From the NCBI GenBank assembly GCA_000165425.1, contig CT868039.1:124001-188000 (forward strand): a stretch of DNA of 64,000 nucleotides, given 5' to 3'. Of this stretch, positions 26,624 through 40,363 are shown piece by piece. The notes beneath the pieces were generated by a model. That model searched no databases. It had not been told where the DNA came from and was given only the letters and a program-made list of their open reading frames with translations. The DNA is from Paramecium tetraurelia (Eukaryota). How positions within the stretch are numbered: position 1 is the first letter of the stretch; every line of letters starts with the position of its first letter. The position numbers and the translations under genes are program-made.

Positions 26624-27845
26624 ATGAATAATAATTTTGGATCCCACTTCCACCTCAAAACTGATTTACCCATTCTCCCTCAATCAGAAGTTTTTATTAG
26701 ACAATTTTCACAAGAAGTAAATTCTTTGTCTCTAACCCTAGAATGATGCAATTTGTAATAATCATGCTCGCACTTTCAGTTTAGGAATCGACAAGGTTGG
26801 CTCTGATAAATTCAACACCATCTCATAAATTGACACAGGGAAACATGAACCCAACCTAGCCATCCCTCTCATTATCAAATAAGTACACTCTCTCTTATCA
26901 TACTTAGTAAACGGGATCAGAATTCTAAATTAATGTTGATAATATCATCTAATTCAATCAATAATGTATTCAAAATAACTATCAAATAAGCTCTAACTTT
27001 TATGAACTCCAACTATGCAACCAATAATTTTATTAAACTCGCATCAAATAATGAATTAATGCAAATTGAAGACGATAATCGACCATTCACTCCACCACAA
27101 GAAGAACATAATTACGAAATTAATAACTTAAATTATGTGATGCAATCCCCACGAAAATCATGCAAATTCAAAGCAGCTGGCAACTTGGTCTTGGGAATAC
27201 GAAGATTATAGCAAAATGTTGTTGAATAAATTACATCTTCAGTACTATTTATAGGTATTAGGAATAATTTTATGAAAAATTTAATCCAAGCCCTTGTTAA
27301 ACTACAAAGAACATTCATAAAGTTCATCCAATCTAAGAATCGAAGGAATTTTAAGTGATCGATATGCTCAATCAATTTAAATTAGTTTTCCATTTAACTC
27401 AACATTCAATGAGAGGCTCCTATGAGGACATCCAATAAATGATCAAATTATTGTAGAGGGATCCAAAAAGGTATGACTTTCATTATTATTACCTAGAAAT
27501 CTCACCAATCCTTAAGACCCAAATCACATCGTTAATTAATTTAATCAATATGGATAAAATTCATTATATATAGCTTGCAAAAATGGCAATGATAAAGTTG
27601 TTAAATTTTTACTCTCCCTTGATTGCAATGCACATATCAAAAGCAAAGTCTATGATGACCTTTCAGAAAGTCCATTAGATGTATCTGTCAGATGGCATCA
27701 TTATGAATGTGTCAAATTACTTTTAGAACAAATCAAATATACTGATGCCGAATTGAGATCAGCTCTTAAGATTAGTTAAAATCCAGAAATCACCAACCTG
27801 ATCAAAAGAAAAATGAGTTCCTCGTTATTCTCCTGCTGTCTCTGA
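26624..27845 (+). CDS. Ankyrin-repeat protein ending SCCL
   Basis: GQNSLYIACKNGNDKVVKFLL and ESPLDVSVRWHHYECVKLLL. TGA at 27843-27845; several tiny introns. Confidence 0.8.
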
Positions 27846-28200
27846 AACATACTTCATTATTTATGCTTATTATAAAATTGTAACTTCATTATTATTACTT
27901 CCTATTTATGCTTTAAACTTAATTATATATTATTTGATTAATAATTAATTGTTGATGAATGGAACCCTGCGATTTTATTTTCAAGAGTAAAGAAAACTAG
28001 AGCTAATTTTGATATAAAGATTGAACATATTAAAATACTTAATTCTTTTGATATAACTAGATAATTGTAATATAAATTATAATAAATTATTTTGTAAATA
28101 CATATTTAAAATATCATAAATAATTTGATTTGATTAGACTTACTCTTAAAATTAAATTAAATAATGATTATTTGATTAATGTTTTCAAAATAAATATAAA

Positions 28201-29097
28201 TCAAAATTTTTAAAATATCTACTCCATTTGTATGCCTATTTCAAAATTTTTGTTTAAGCAAATAGGACAATATTATAAAATAGATGTTTTCCTTCTAGAA
28301 CTTTGATTTGTTTTAATCCAAAAAAAATTACAAAATGAATTTACGCATTTTTCAAAATTATGGTATTTAAAATACTTGACCTATATCTTTTGGCATTGAT
28401 TCTAAAAATATCGATGAGTTATTAATTGGTTTGTATTATTAAGAACTACTTATTGTGCTATCTTGGCTTTGCAATGGCAATAAATTTGAGGGTATCCTTT
28501 TTTTACACACTATTCCAAGTATGATTGAAAGCAATCAGAATGATAATAGTGCAAGCAATTAGTTTGAACTACTTTTCCGTTGCATGATCTCGTACACAAT
28601 TAGCAACATTCTAAGACTTATTAATTGTAGGAAAGATTATTATGGTCTTTCTAGATTGAGTCAATTAATTTTGATTGATTCAACTTTGTTAGTACTTGTT
28701 TTGGAATCTAGTATTTATTTTCCTTAAATTAATCTTGGATAATAAGTTGATAGAGTGATTAAACATCAGCCTGTAATTTCTGATTATGTTTATTAATTTC
28801 TTCAGTATTAAGAGTGAATTTAGATTTTTAGTATTTGATATTCTTTGATGATGGGATCAAACCACATAAAAATGTTTATTTGTCATTCTACTACTTTTAA
28901 CTGTTGCTTGAACTTCTTATCGAGATTTTATTTTTACTTTGATGATAGCGTCCTCTTTCGACTGATAATGAATGATCATACATATAACTTCCTTTAGCTT
29001 TCCTATATTGTTATTTATACTTACTCTCTCTCAGGTGGTCTTCTTACTTTTAGATAATAATTGGTAATTATTACTTATACTATTTATTTTTTTTCAT
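28201..29097 (-). CDS. RING-type Zn-finger protein with a second C4 module (298 aa)
   Basis: CQLC..NCLHYYHSDC..IYCHC, then KCVNSFCNFF..YCPIC. Intronless 897 nt. Confidence 0.8.
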
Positions 29098-29109
29098 TGT
29101 TATAATAAA

Positions 29110-30252
29110 TCAAATAAATTTAATTTACACAAATAAATTAAATTCACAACACAATGGACAATATGATATCTTATCCTCCTCGCCAATGATAATGAAGTAG
29201 CAATGTTCTTTGATGCACTTTTAAATGCTCTGCTTCTGATTCTAATTATTGGCTAAATAATGGCTCTTTGCTAATAGAAAAAGTTAAAAGTTAGCTATAA
29301 TTTGGTAAATAATTGAGAACTCCGGTTGATTTAACATTTTAATATAGTTCAAATGAATATTTGCATTGCAATGGCAATGAAGAGTTCCAACTATGTTAAA
29401 ACTATCCTACTGCTTTGACAGTTACAATCTGATGTGTTCAATGAAACAATTTAAGTGGTATTGATGTTTACATTCTAATCGGACAATGTGCAGGTTCTTA
29501 ATGGTATCACATTTATCGCATTTGATATATGGGATTTAGTTTTGATTTCCCTTATAAGAATGATAGGAATAATTTTAAATTTGAGACTTATGGTATATTT
29601 CTAATAACTTTGTTGTTTCCTATTCCGCACTCTATTAATTATTTAACAATTGTGAAATATTAATATTGTCTCCCTTGTGAAATTATGAAATCGTTCTATT
29701 CAAAACAATTGAATCAGTTTTGGAAATATTCACGATCTAGTTACTATCTATACTCTGTCCAAACAAGCCTAACGATTTATAGACTTAGACTCGGCCTGTC
29801 GCTGAAACTAACCGCTCTTTCAATTTGTCTTCATTGATAATCTATTTAGTATTTGATTGTAACTCCTTCTTTAATTTATCTATCTCCTGGGTCAATGCCT
29901 TAATGGTTTACAGATTCTCATCTTAGGCCTCTTACAAATCTGAAATAGTTTTTAAACACTTATAGTTTTTACATCCCTTGTACTGCTGTGACTGATAGCC
30001 GGCAGAACTTAATTACCTTGATTCCTGTTGAGTTGATTGATATCTCGATCTATGGGATTGAAGCGTTGTTGTACCTATTCTAAGTCCATTAAAAATAGAG
30101 TCATTGACTGTTTTGGTCTTGATTCTAACAGATTTTTTATTATGATAAGAAGTTTAGAGATATAAATGATCCTAAATGGTAGTATTCTCCCTTGTTGTCT
30201 ATATCATAGTTTTATAACTGGTTCCGTAAATTCCCAAACCACTATCATTCAT
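29110..30252 (-). CDS. RING-type Zn-finger protein, paralogue of the neighbour (380 aa)
   Basis: CDKC..ECKHQYHLNC..LHCHC, then KCIKEHCYF..YCPLC. Intronless 1143 nt. Confidence 0.8.
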
Positions 30253-30543
30253 ATAAAAATTAATAATAATAATCATTTTCCACCTAAACCAGATTGTAGA
30301 ATAACTTATGTCTAAACGTGACTACCAGAAAGATTCGATACTTATTATACTTTCAAAATCTAAGTAGATATCATAAATGACCAAGTTCTTTGTTCGTTCT
30401 TAGATAAAGAAAATTAATTAGATTTCTTTATTAATTAAGATAATTAAGAAGTTAATTTGATCTCTCCTATAAATACCCTTAACATCTCTTTTAATTAATC
30501 TATATATTGTTTTCTTAATCTTCAGTTACGTTGTAAAACAATT

Positions 30544-32295
30544 TCATACCTTTGAGTCCTTATATGTACCAGTTCTTCTCTCAAATAGTCCGTGTGATAA
30601 GTATTATTTGAAATTTGATTTTACAAAATTATGCTAAGAATAAATATAACAAATCTTTATGAATTGTTTATAAAAGTAGGTTTATTCCCATTAATATAAA
30701 AATTGGTTAATTGATAGAATAGTTAGTTAAAATTAAGAGCTCCAAATGCATCTCTATGAATCAATTATGTAAAAATCTTTTGAACTTGTTAATGAATTTG
30801 AAGAAATGATAATTTTTGACTCGCACTTAGAGACTTTTATTGGAGAATAAATACATTTGGATGTGCCCCAATTTAATTTTATAGTCTTTTTTAAAATCGA
30901 TGTCCCCCAACGATTAAAAAATTGATTGATTATCTATGATATATTTACGAAAGAATAAATTACTCAAGAAACAAGAAACATTAATTAATATAAAATAAAG
31001 ATAATTTTTCAAATTTTTTTATTAGATTTCTTATAAATATCATGATCATTTTAACAAACCATATTATTTTTGAATTTTTAATCATTGATACAAAAATAAT
31101 CACAGAAATTGCAGGAAATAATCTTTTTTTAATAATTAGATTTTAAAATTCTTAATTATTTCTTGAAAAGATTTTCTTCTAATTCACCCTTATTTGCACC
31201 TAAATCTTTTAATAAAGAAGCACTAATTTATTTGTTACAATAACAATAAACATTTGGACGATTGTTGTTTTGTATAATTTAATTTGATACCAATTCGAGA
31301 AAACATTCTTAGTGATAGAAATGTTAACATTACAAGGAATATATATTTTTACTTATACTTGTTTTACATTTGAAACAATTCACCTAAGCAGTCTGAAGCA
31401 CAGTGTTTGTTAGATTTTGTTCTTCTTCTTAATCAGATTTTTAATATTATTATTATTTTTACTATTATTCACTCTATTATTAGTATTATTATATTAATTA
31501 CGCTAAAAATTTTTATTATTATTATTATTATTCCTATTACTATTACTATTTTTATGATATTAATTTCTTCTATGATTATTATACTACTTATTAGGTTTAT
31601 TATTATTATTTCTATTGTTACTTTGATTATTAGTACGATTACTACTAGGATTATTGTTATTATTACGATTATGACTATTATTATTGTTATTATTATGATT
31701 ATTAATAGTATTATTGTTATTATTACTATAATAAGTATTATTACTAAAAATATTACTAATTTTAGAATTATTCAAGATTAGGGTTTGATTAATTGCTTGG
31801 TTCCTGGGCTCTTTTTTGCAAAATTGCATCCATTTGTGGCATATATATTTACCTATGATTTTCTTAATGCTTTTATGAAGATTACTTTAATTGATATTCA
31901 TTAGGACTCATTAAAATAGCCATTTTTTACTTGTCCTCTTAGTTAATAACTTTAAATTTAATATTCTTTTGAGGATTTGGGCCAGATATAATCCTTATGC
32001 TGGCATTTCGTTGGGCAGTATTTTATTAACTTTTATCCATCATTGATGAACTAAGACGATTTGGTTAAATATGCTATGGCGGTTATAATCCAAACTCTTT
32101 AGATAAAATTTAATTGTGAGGGCGTAAAGTTAATCGATTTCCTTATTCGTAATTTGAGCTGTTTCTAATTATTTTCTATTATGGAAAGCCTTAGTCATTT
32201 TATTTTTGGCTTGATTAAATTTGATATGGATCTTAATTCCGACTAATTGTAGTGACTTCAGAAAGAATTCTTATTTTTTTTTAGGGAAAACTCAT
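30544..32295 (-). CDS. Gln-rich RING-type Zn-finger protein, third paralogue (3' end uncertain)
   Basis: ATG 32295, long TAA/TAG Gln-rich tract (about 31440-31760), CFKC..QCQHFYHQEC..VYCYC..SCNFCDYF. The first in-frame TGA is at 30544, about 160 codons past where the paralogues stop. Confidence 0.7.
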
Positions 32296-32702
32296 AACTA
32301 GAAAATTATAAATAAAATATAATAAGTATCTTAAAAATTTAGAATAACTATTTAATAATAACTATTGATTCAATATTCAAAAGATGTCAACATTTTTATT
32401 ATGAAAATATTAATAAATGTAAAAGGCAAACCTCCAATTAGTATATAAAAAGTAATTTATTATTTTTGTATAAATACTTAAAAATTAGACAAAAAAACTC
32501 AATGATAAGTTGATGAATTGATAGCTCTTAATGAGACAATACAAAAAACTAGAAAATCCAATAGAACTTAAAATAAAATTAAATAATTTGGTAATATATA
32601 AAAAATATAATTAGACTATAGCATGTCTTAGAATTTCTTTGGGTAGTTAAAGTTAATAGATAATCTTACAATCTAACATATATTATTATCTATTATTAAT
32701 AA

Positions 32703-33296
32703 TCATTTTAATTTTTGTAAAGCTTCTTCATAAGTTAAATTGCTCTGTCTATCCCTTGAGTCACCTTTAAATATAAAAAGAGTTGATTACTTCGTTTAGG
32801 AAGAGTGTTAGTTTATTCAAAGTGGGTCAGATTGGACAAAGTATAGGCAAGAGCTTTCTTAGAAAATAGCATATATAACAGTTACTGATGTTTCTGAGTC
32901 TAATTTGCCATAGAGATTTATATCTCTGCCCCTTTAGTCTCTTTGATCACAATAAGCCTCTTTTACTTCGCTTTTGTACCTAATGTCTGCAGGTAAATCA
33001 GATCTTGAATTAAAGATTGGGATTATACCCTCTATGATGTTCGTGTGTGCTGGAAAGTAAAGTAATTTTTCCGAAAGTCTTTCCGAATAGGTTTTCTGAC
33101 TTAATGCCTGGAACAAACCCTGCGTAATCTGGAGAATAAGCATATTGAACATACTTGGGATGTGATTTCTATTGCCTTAAATTTGTAATAAATCTTGATC
33201 ATAGTCTTGGCTTGGTATGAATCTAAACATTATAAATAAGGATCATTACCCTGTATATCCAGGGATAGCATTAGCACCTTTTTCTGCTTAAAACAT
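32703..33296 (-). CDS. FAM166/PYG-repeat ciliary microtubule inner protein-like
   Basis: AIPGYTGFIP and HIPNYAGFVPGIKSENLFGKTFG after removing five tiny introns. TGA at 32703-32705. Confidence 0.8.
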
Positions 33297-33309
33297 TTTA
33301 TTTTTATTA

Positions 33310-34330
33310 ATGTAAAATCAAGAACTAAGCGAATTTGTTAAGAATAATTGTTTTATTTGAAATATATCCAAAACTCAAGCCAAAATCTTAGAAACTAAAG
33401 ACTCTTTGGATTATTATTAGAAAACAACTCAAAGGCAAAGATTTTGATAACAAAACTTTTTGCAATCCAATCCAAAATAAATAAGGAACTTGACAAAATC
33501 CTTAACTTGATTGATTCTCTATTTGCAAAGAAGAAGATGCATTTGAAATAGAACAAAGCATCAGAAGATGTAATTAAAACTGATAAAATAAAAAATATCC
33601 CTAATGAAACTCTTGTGTTCGAAACTACTGATATTAATCTATTATATTAGTTTGTTTATTTGTATCAGAGCATAAAATATTTTAGTCATACACTTACTAA
33701 AATAATATGGAAATATAGAACTGATAATAATTGAACTATTATTTCAGAGGAATACAATAATATTAGAAGTCAAAAAGAATTTCATATATATGTAATATCA
33801 AGTTATATGCAAAATGATAAATGTGTAATCTAAAAATTATGATACATTATCAATCTTTGGATGTGTTGTTTGATAAGATTTAAGAATAACTCATTTAATG
33901 CTAACAATTCTATTTGTAATTACTCTGCTTCCTTTTTGTTGTCCTCACGAGTGAATTTTTAATCTTAACTCTTTTTTATGTGTAATAGTATGCTTCACTT
34001 ATTCCACTAGAACATGTTGAGTTTACATTCTCTCTAATTACATTTATACATCTCTATATAATTCAGTATAATGGTTTTTTTTGTATAATTTTTCTTATTA
34101 GATTTCTCTGGATTCCAGCTCTCTCTCCATTCAAGACCTTACTTCTATTGATTTATTTCTTATCTACTGCTTGATATATGTATCTATTTTTTTTTTATTG
34201 ATCTAATCGATGCATCCTAATTAACCTAGTAATGATATTTAGTAAAAATATTAATAGCTTAGATATCCAATTCAAGTAAGAACAACTCCTTTACTACAAA
34301 ATTTGAAATGTGCAAGACTATTTATTTATA
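33310..34330. pseudogene. Decayed coding-like tract
   Basis: Coding-like fragments on both strands (e.g. + KLFAIQSKINKELDKILNLIDSLF) are broken by TGA codons and frame changes. Limits approximate. Confidence 0.25.
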
Positions 34331-34869
34331 TATATATAATTATTATGATTATAATATTAGATTAGTTATATATTTGGTATACAATAATAATAAGTATATG
34401 TTGGATATCTGTATGAAATATATATTTAGGATGGTAAATTGAGTAGTAATTTTTAATAAAAATATATTATATAATTTAGTACTGCATTTTATTTATGAAT
34501 ATGAAACTTGCTTGACTTACTTTCTATTACATTAGAGAAAGAAATAACATCGGACTGTAATTTGCTATATAAGATTGTCAGCAAGACAAAAATGGATTTC
34601 AGTTATACACTGATATGGATTCATTAATTTCTATTATATTTTATCTTGATGTAGTAAGATCAATTATTGTGTGATATGACAGATGTAGTATTATATTATT
34701 ACTCATTTTCCGGTAAGAAAGTAGCTTTAATTTAAGCGAATAAACCGATTACAAGTAATTTTAATTAGTTTATTATTATCAAATTAATCAGATTTGAAAA
34801 CAGTTTCAATTTTCTAATGTTGATTTAAACTACGAAAAAGAATTTATTAAATAAAATTGAAACTTCACA

Positions 34870-35430
34870 ATGACATAAGTTTCATCTACTAGATTTTCAC
34901 TACCAAGGATTACAGAAAATGACCCTAAGTCTAAGTAAGTCCTTACCACAAGAGCAATGAGACCTTCCCTATTTCTAAACTAAATAGACATAGTGCCCAA
35001 TTCTCTAAAAACTGAGGCAGAAGCAACAGAAAGAGGTGTTTGCAAACCAATTCACACTGAAATTGAAAGTGATCCTCTGATTGAGATCTCTTATCACCTC
35101 AAACTACCGATTTTGAGCAATTTAAGAAAATCAAAGTTATAACAATCACTACCTGATTTGCCTCTAGAAAATAGGGAATCGAAAAATGCATCTCCTATTG
35201 AATACAAGAGACCTGCCAAGAGAACGAGATTGTTCTTAAGAAGATAAGAATCAAAAATTGATGCTCCAGTAATTAAATTTTAAAGGAAGAGAGTGGAGTT
35301 CAAGAAGTCCTTGATTGTGATAGATTTGGAGACTGGTGTCTAGGACCGTTAGGAATTGAATGAAGTCAAAAAACCATTAAGAAGGATTGTCCACTAAAAG
35401 ACAAGATCTTATTAAAAGAAATTAGAATGA
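34870..35430 (+). CDS. Small basic protein with LxxIxE, RPSLF and RVxF motifs (186 aa)
   Basis: SLPRITE, MRPSLFLNQID, RKRVEFKKSLIVID, KPLRR. Intronless 561 nt. Confidence 0.85.
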
Positions 35431-35591
35431 GCGGATTGTTTTGGCTCTGATGTCTCTGGCATAACTTATTTATACGTCTATGATGAGAAATTTTGATTCA
35501 TTATTTATGTTTTTCAAAGTTTTTCATATCGAGTAAGATATAAGAAATTAGAAATATCAAAAAATAATTTTAATCGAAAAATAAATAATTT

Positions 35592-36456
35592 TCATCTTTA
35601 TGAAAGGAAGGCCTTGATCTTCTAAGAGTCAATTGATTGAGATAAGGAAATGTCAACATTCTAATATGAGGAATTATAGCTTTTGGTGACTAATGTTTTT
35701 AAATGAGGTAAGGGAGTTATTCTTTTAATTATACTGTCATCAATCGATTTCGCCATTTTCTTTTCCTGTTCCTCATTAATCCTCTCTATAAACTCATATT
35801 TTTTCATCACCATATAGGGAGGAGACTTGATTTTCTTAGCATTTAAGTACCTACAAGTAAATCTTAATTAATCTGACTCATTATTATTTAACTTGATCAA
35901 CTTATCTCTAAGTTAAGTTCCTTTTCTATATTTCATGGCTTCAATTGATCCTGATTTATAAACTTAAGTTGCATCCTTAAGACTACCACTTAAATGAGGT
36001 TGGAGATTATCAACAAAATCATTTTCCGATATTTGATATCTTACACTATTGACGTTGGGTATAAATGAAATCTTAGGAGTTTTAGGCTTATTAAAACAGT
36101 TTGTTAGATTCACAGGCTAAGATGGTTTTACATCCATTTTTCTGTCTGTTGCATTATTGTTGATTGAGACTTTTCCTAATGAAGTGAGCTTAACTTTTTA
36201 ATTAGGGCATTGGCAATAACCGAAATATTTATTCTAATGGGGAGTGTATGAAATAGAGTTGCGATATTTCAGATCCAATTTTCTTGGTTTAGAATTACAA
36301 ATAGCTTATAGCTAAGGAGCCAAAATATCAGAATTTATTCCTCTTGAATTTATTTGCTTGACCTTCTAATGAATAAAATCAGACACGTAAGGGTTACCAT
36401 TTTCAAGATTATATCTAGTATAATAGTTAATTTAATTACACAAACTCCTTATCCAT
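35592..36456 (-). CDS. Hypothetical protein (about 280 aa)
   Basis: ATG 36456, a 25-nt intron, then open to TGA at 35592-35594. No domain recognised. Confidence 0.7.
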
Positions 36457-37164
36457 TTAAAAATTAAAAATAAATCGGATCAGAAACTTTAATGTTATTA
36501 AATTGTAGAGAAAGAACGAAAGAATGAGATCGAAATCAAAACTATATAGTGATTTAATTTAAAAAAATGAAATCCTTCATTGCAATTTTAAAATAAGAAT
36601 ATTTTAATATTAAATTTATATATTGGAAATTAGAGTAGTTTTAGTAAAGATTGAATCGAGAAAATTGACTTTCAATTATTCTAAAAATAAATTATAATTA
36701 GATTGATTCTAAAGGATTTTTGAATTTTACATATTAGTTATTATTTTTAAAATGTTGAAAAAAAATAGGTCCTAAAAATTAATTTTCGCTGAAGAGCTTT
36801 GAATTGGAAATCAGATATTAAGAGATGTTTTTTTGATATTTTTAGTTGTTGTTGTAACGTTCTTTTGTTAACAAGCATTGCTGTCTTTTTACTTGTAATT
36901 ATAAATGAGAATAATAATGGATGACTAACTTTATTCGTGCAGATTAGTCGATAATTTACTTTTTAATTGCCTTAAAATCCATCATTTAGTACTTTTTCAT
37001 AAAGTTGATAGCTAAAATATTTGGAATTTGAGTATCAGCATATTATGAAAAGATCATTCAAAGTATGTGAATTACTTCTGATTCTAAACTCATCTAATTT
37101 CTGATACTAGCTTCGTAATCGCAAATCTTAGATTATAATGATTATTATATTGATATTTAATATT

Positions 37165-38782
37165 TCAATTGTCATCATCTTCATTTTCCTACTTTTACTC
37201 CTTCAACTCCTTACTTACAACATCCCAAGTCATATAATAGATCAATGACATAACTCCAAATCCAGTTCCTCCTTTTGTGTAAATCCCATCATTCTTATCA
37301 GTAACAGCCACATTAGCGATATCCCAATGCATCCATCTCACCTTCTTTTCAACAAAACATTCTAAAAATGCTGCTGCAGCAGATGCTCCTACTCTACCAG
37401 AACTTGAATTATTGATATCAGCAACACTTCCTTTGATCAGCTCTCTATGTTGGTCTTCCAGTGGTAAAGGCCAAAAAGATTCTTTTGTTATTTTTTCAAC
37501 TTTCTATAACAATGAATAACATCCCTTTCTATTTGTAAACACTCCACAATATCTACCCAAGGCATTTTTAATGATGCCAGTGAGTGTTGAAAGTTCAATC
37601 ATCTCGTAAATAGCAAACTTATCTTATGCATAAGACATAGCATCTGCTAATATTAATCTGCCCTCAGCATCGGTATTTAAAATTTCAACAGTCAATCCCT
37701 TATAAGATTAAATCACATCGGAAACTCGATAAGAATCTGGTCCGATTGAGTTTTCAACCCAAGCAGTAGAACACACAACATTAATTGGCAGTCCCAATTA
37801 GACGACAGCCCTGAATGTCTCCAATACTGTACAAGCACCACCTTTATCGTCATACATTTATTCCATACTAGATGTATTCTTAATACTCAAACCACCACAA
37901 TCAAAAACAACTAAGTTTTAATAAATATTTTACCTCCTTTTCCTACTAAAGCATAATACTTATCACTATCTGCATTTCCTTTATAAGACAAACAAGAGTA
38001 AAATGGCTTATGTATTGAACCTCTTCCAACTGCATGTATGAGTCTTAAACCGGCACCCAAAAGATCATCTCCTTCAATCAGAGTTGAAGTGATTTTATCA
38101 CCATACTCTTTTACAATGTCTAAAATGTAATTCTTCATAAATTCAGTATTGGCAATGTTAGGTCTAGTGGGTACAAGTTCTCGCAATCTCAGGATGGGTT
38201 TCACTAAATGATGCAAACTAGATTATTAAAAAATAATGTCTACTATTTTAGATTCCATTTCTATTCCACTTGATTTAAATAATCTTCTTAACTGATTGAT
38301 GTAATCAAATTTAAATAATGGATTGGAAATGAAGAGGATTTACTTCCCTCCTTGATAGATTAATATGTCCATCTATAATTAGCCAATTGAAATCCAAAGG
38401 AGAACTCAGCTATATCATGAATTGTGTAATTATGAGGTAAGAGTACACTTATTGAGTTTTCTTCCACTTTTTGAGTAGCTATCTTATTAGATGCTTTGCG
38501 AGCCAAATTTGCCCCATCCAATCGAGGACTCGTTGCATTCTAAATAATCACATATTCAAAGGGATCATCATCATTTAAAGCATAAATCTTAGCTGACTTC
38601 CCAGAATTAATGTCCTTGATCAACTCCTTTGATTTAAAATAAAATTGTAGCGCCTTGACGATTGGGTCTGCAGATTCATTTATTGATGGGTAATACAAGA
38701 CATAGACTCCCTTATTTGTAGCTTAAGTGGTATGCTTAATCTCAATATGAGGAGTCGACTCCATTAAGGTGTGTTTCTACAT
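37165..38782 (-). CDS. M17 leucyl aminopeptidase
   Basis: LVGKG|VVFDCGGLSIK, MYDDKGG, VEILNTDAEGRLILAD, STLTG, WMHWDIA. Confidence 0.95.
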
Positions 38783-39524
38783 AATTAATAAATATTTTAT
38801 TAAAAAATATCACATTTTTCCCACTGAAGTAGTATTTAAAATATATTTAATTTATAACTATTGAATTCGATATAAACCATAAGCAAATATAATAATAAAA
38901 CTAAGGTCGAAATAAATTTAATATTATTACAATAATTCATAAATATATTTTTATGTAACTTGCTAAGAATAAAGTTATTATCTATGCCTATTTATATCAT
39001 CAATTCATCATTACTCATATTCTCTTCCATATTTAAAATTAAATTTCACACACAAAACACAACCAATTATTTGCGGTCTAGGATAAATAAATTATTTGAA
39101 AAAATCATTTGGATAAATTTCTTACAATTTTATTGGAAAATAAAAAAAATCACAATTTTACAATTTATCCTTTCATAAACTTCTAACCTACCTTTTGTTT
39201 ATTCAAAAGAGAAAGCTTAGAAGTAATTCAATTTGTTTATTTGATTTAATTTATTTTAAGGTTTTAATGCCACATTTCTTTAAATACGAATTTTGAATTT
39301 ATTAGAAATCCCTTGAAAACTAATTTGATTAACTGATATACAAAGAATGCAAAAAAGAAATAGTTGTCTTTTTAAATAGCTTCTGCTTGTTTATATTTCT
39401 AACGCTTGAAATAATACCAATCATAATGGAACTTAGAAAAATAGATGACATTTAAAGTTAAAGAAATTAATTTGATAATCTTTGATCTTAAACAAGACAA
39501 CCAATGAATGTATTTATTAATCAA

Positions 39525-40052
39525 TCATCCTAATTTTGGCAAAAATTTAGTTTGTTGTCTTTGTTAGGCCTTCCGAATGAGAGGTTTAGCACTTCCATCA
39601 ATTTTATCTTTCCTCGTGACTTAATTAATGAAATCTATCACCAAGATTGAAGCTCTAAATTCAACTCGTTTCTTCACTAGGTTTCCCTCAGTTAAATTTT
39701 TTTTATGCTTAGGATCAGTTTAGGGAGATGAATATTATATTTGGGGCAACTTTAATTATTCTCCAGACTGGATTGTGACCTTCATTGACTATGAATAACC
39801 CATAGCATCATTAAAAAGAGTGTTTTCAAGCGATTCTTTATTACTTAGTGATATATTAGATTTTTCTCTTATGAGAGGTAGCTTAGTAACTTGTCTCTTC
39901 TTTAATTATTTCAATTGAGTGATAAGGGGAGATTTTTCAAGATCGGAAGGGTTTATTTTTGGTGATAGTAAAACTGTGTTCAAATCTATATCATTCAAAA
40001 ACATTGATGGCCTTATTTGATTTGTTTTTTTATTGGGTATTTACAAGAGCAT
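39525..40052 (-). CDS. Small basic protein with LxxIxE, RPSMF and RVxF motifs (175 aa)
   Basis: IRPSMFLNDID, KLPLIRE, KKRVEFRASILVID, KPLIRK. Intronless 528 nt. Confidence 0.85.
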
Positions 40053-40363
40053 AGCAATTTATAAAATAATTATTTTTTTGAGGATTATAAATTTACATAT
40101 ATAGAAGCGATATGCAAGTTTATCAAAAATAAATAATTTTGAGTTTAATTATAATTTGAATACTAGCTAGAAACTGAAGAATATAAATTATATCATGATC
40201 TTAGCAATATATAATATATAATCAATATTTACCAAACAGATTTAGAAAAAATGATATTGAAATAATAAATTAGCAGAATTCAAAATTTATAAAAAAATAA
40301 AGGTTTTTTTGTGATAATATTTATTTTCTTAAGAAAATAGCAATAATCAATAACAAACAATTA

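Noticed and set aside
31407..31829. Poly-Ile (+) and poly-Asn (-) ORFs
   Set aside because: Shadow and off-frame readings of the TAA-encoded Gln-rich region of the RING gene.
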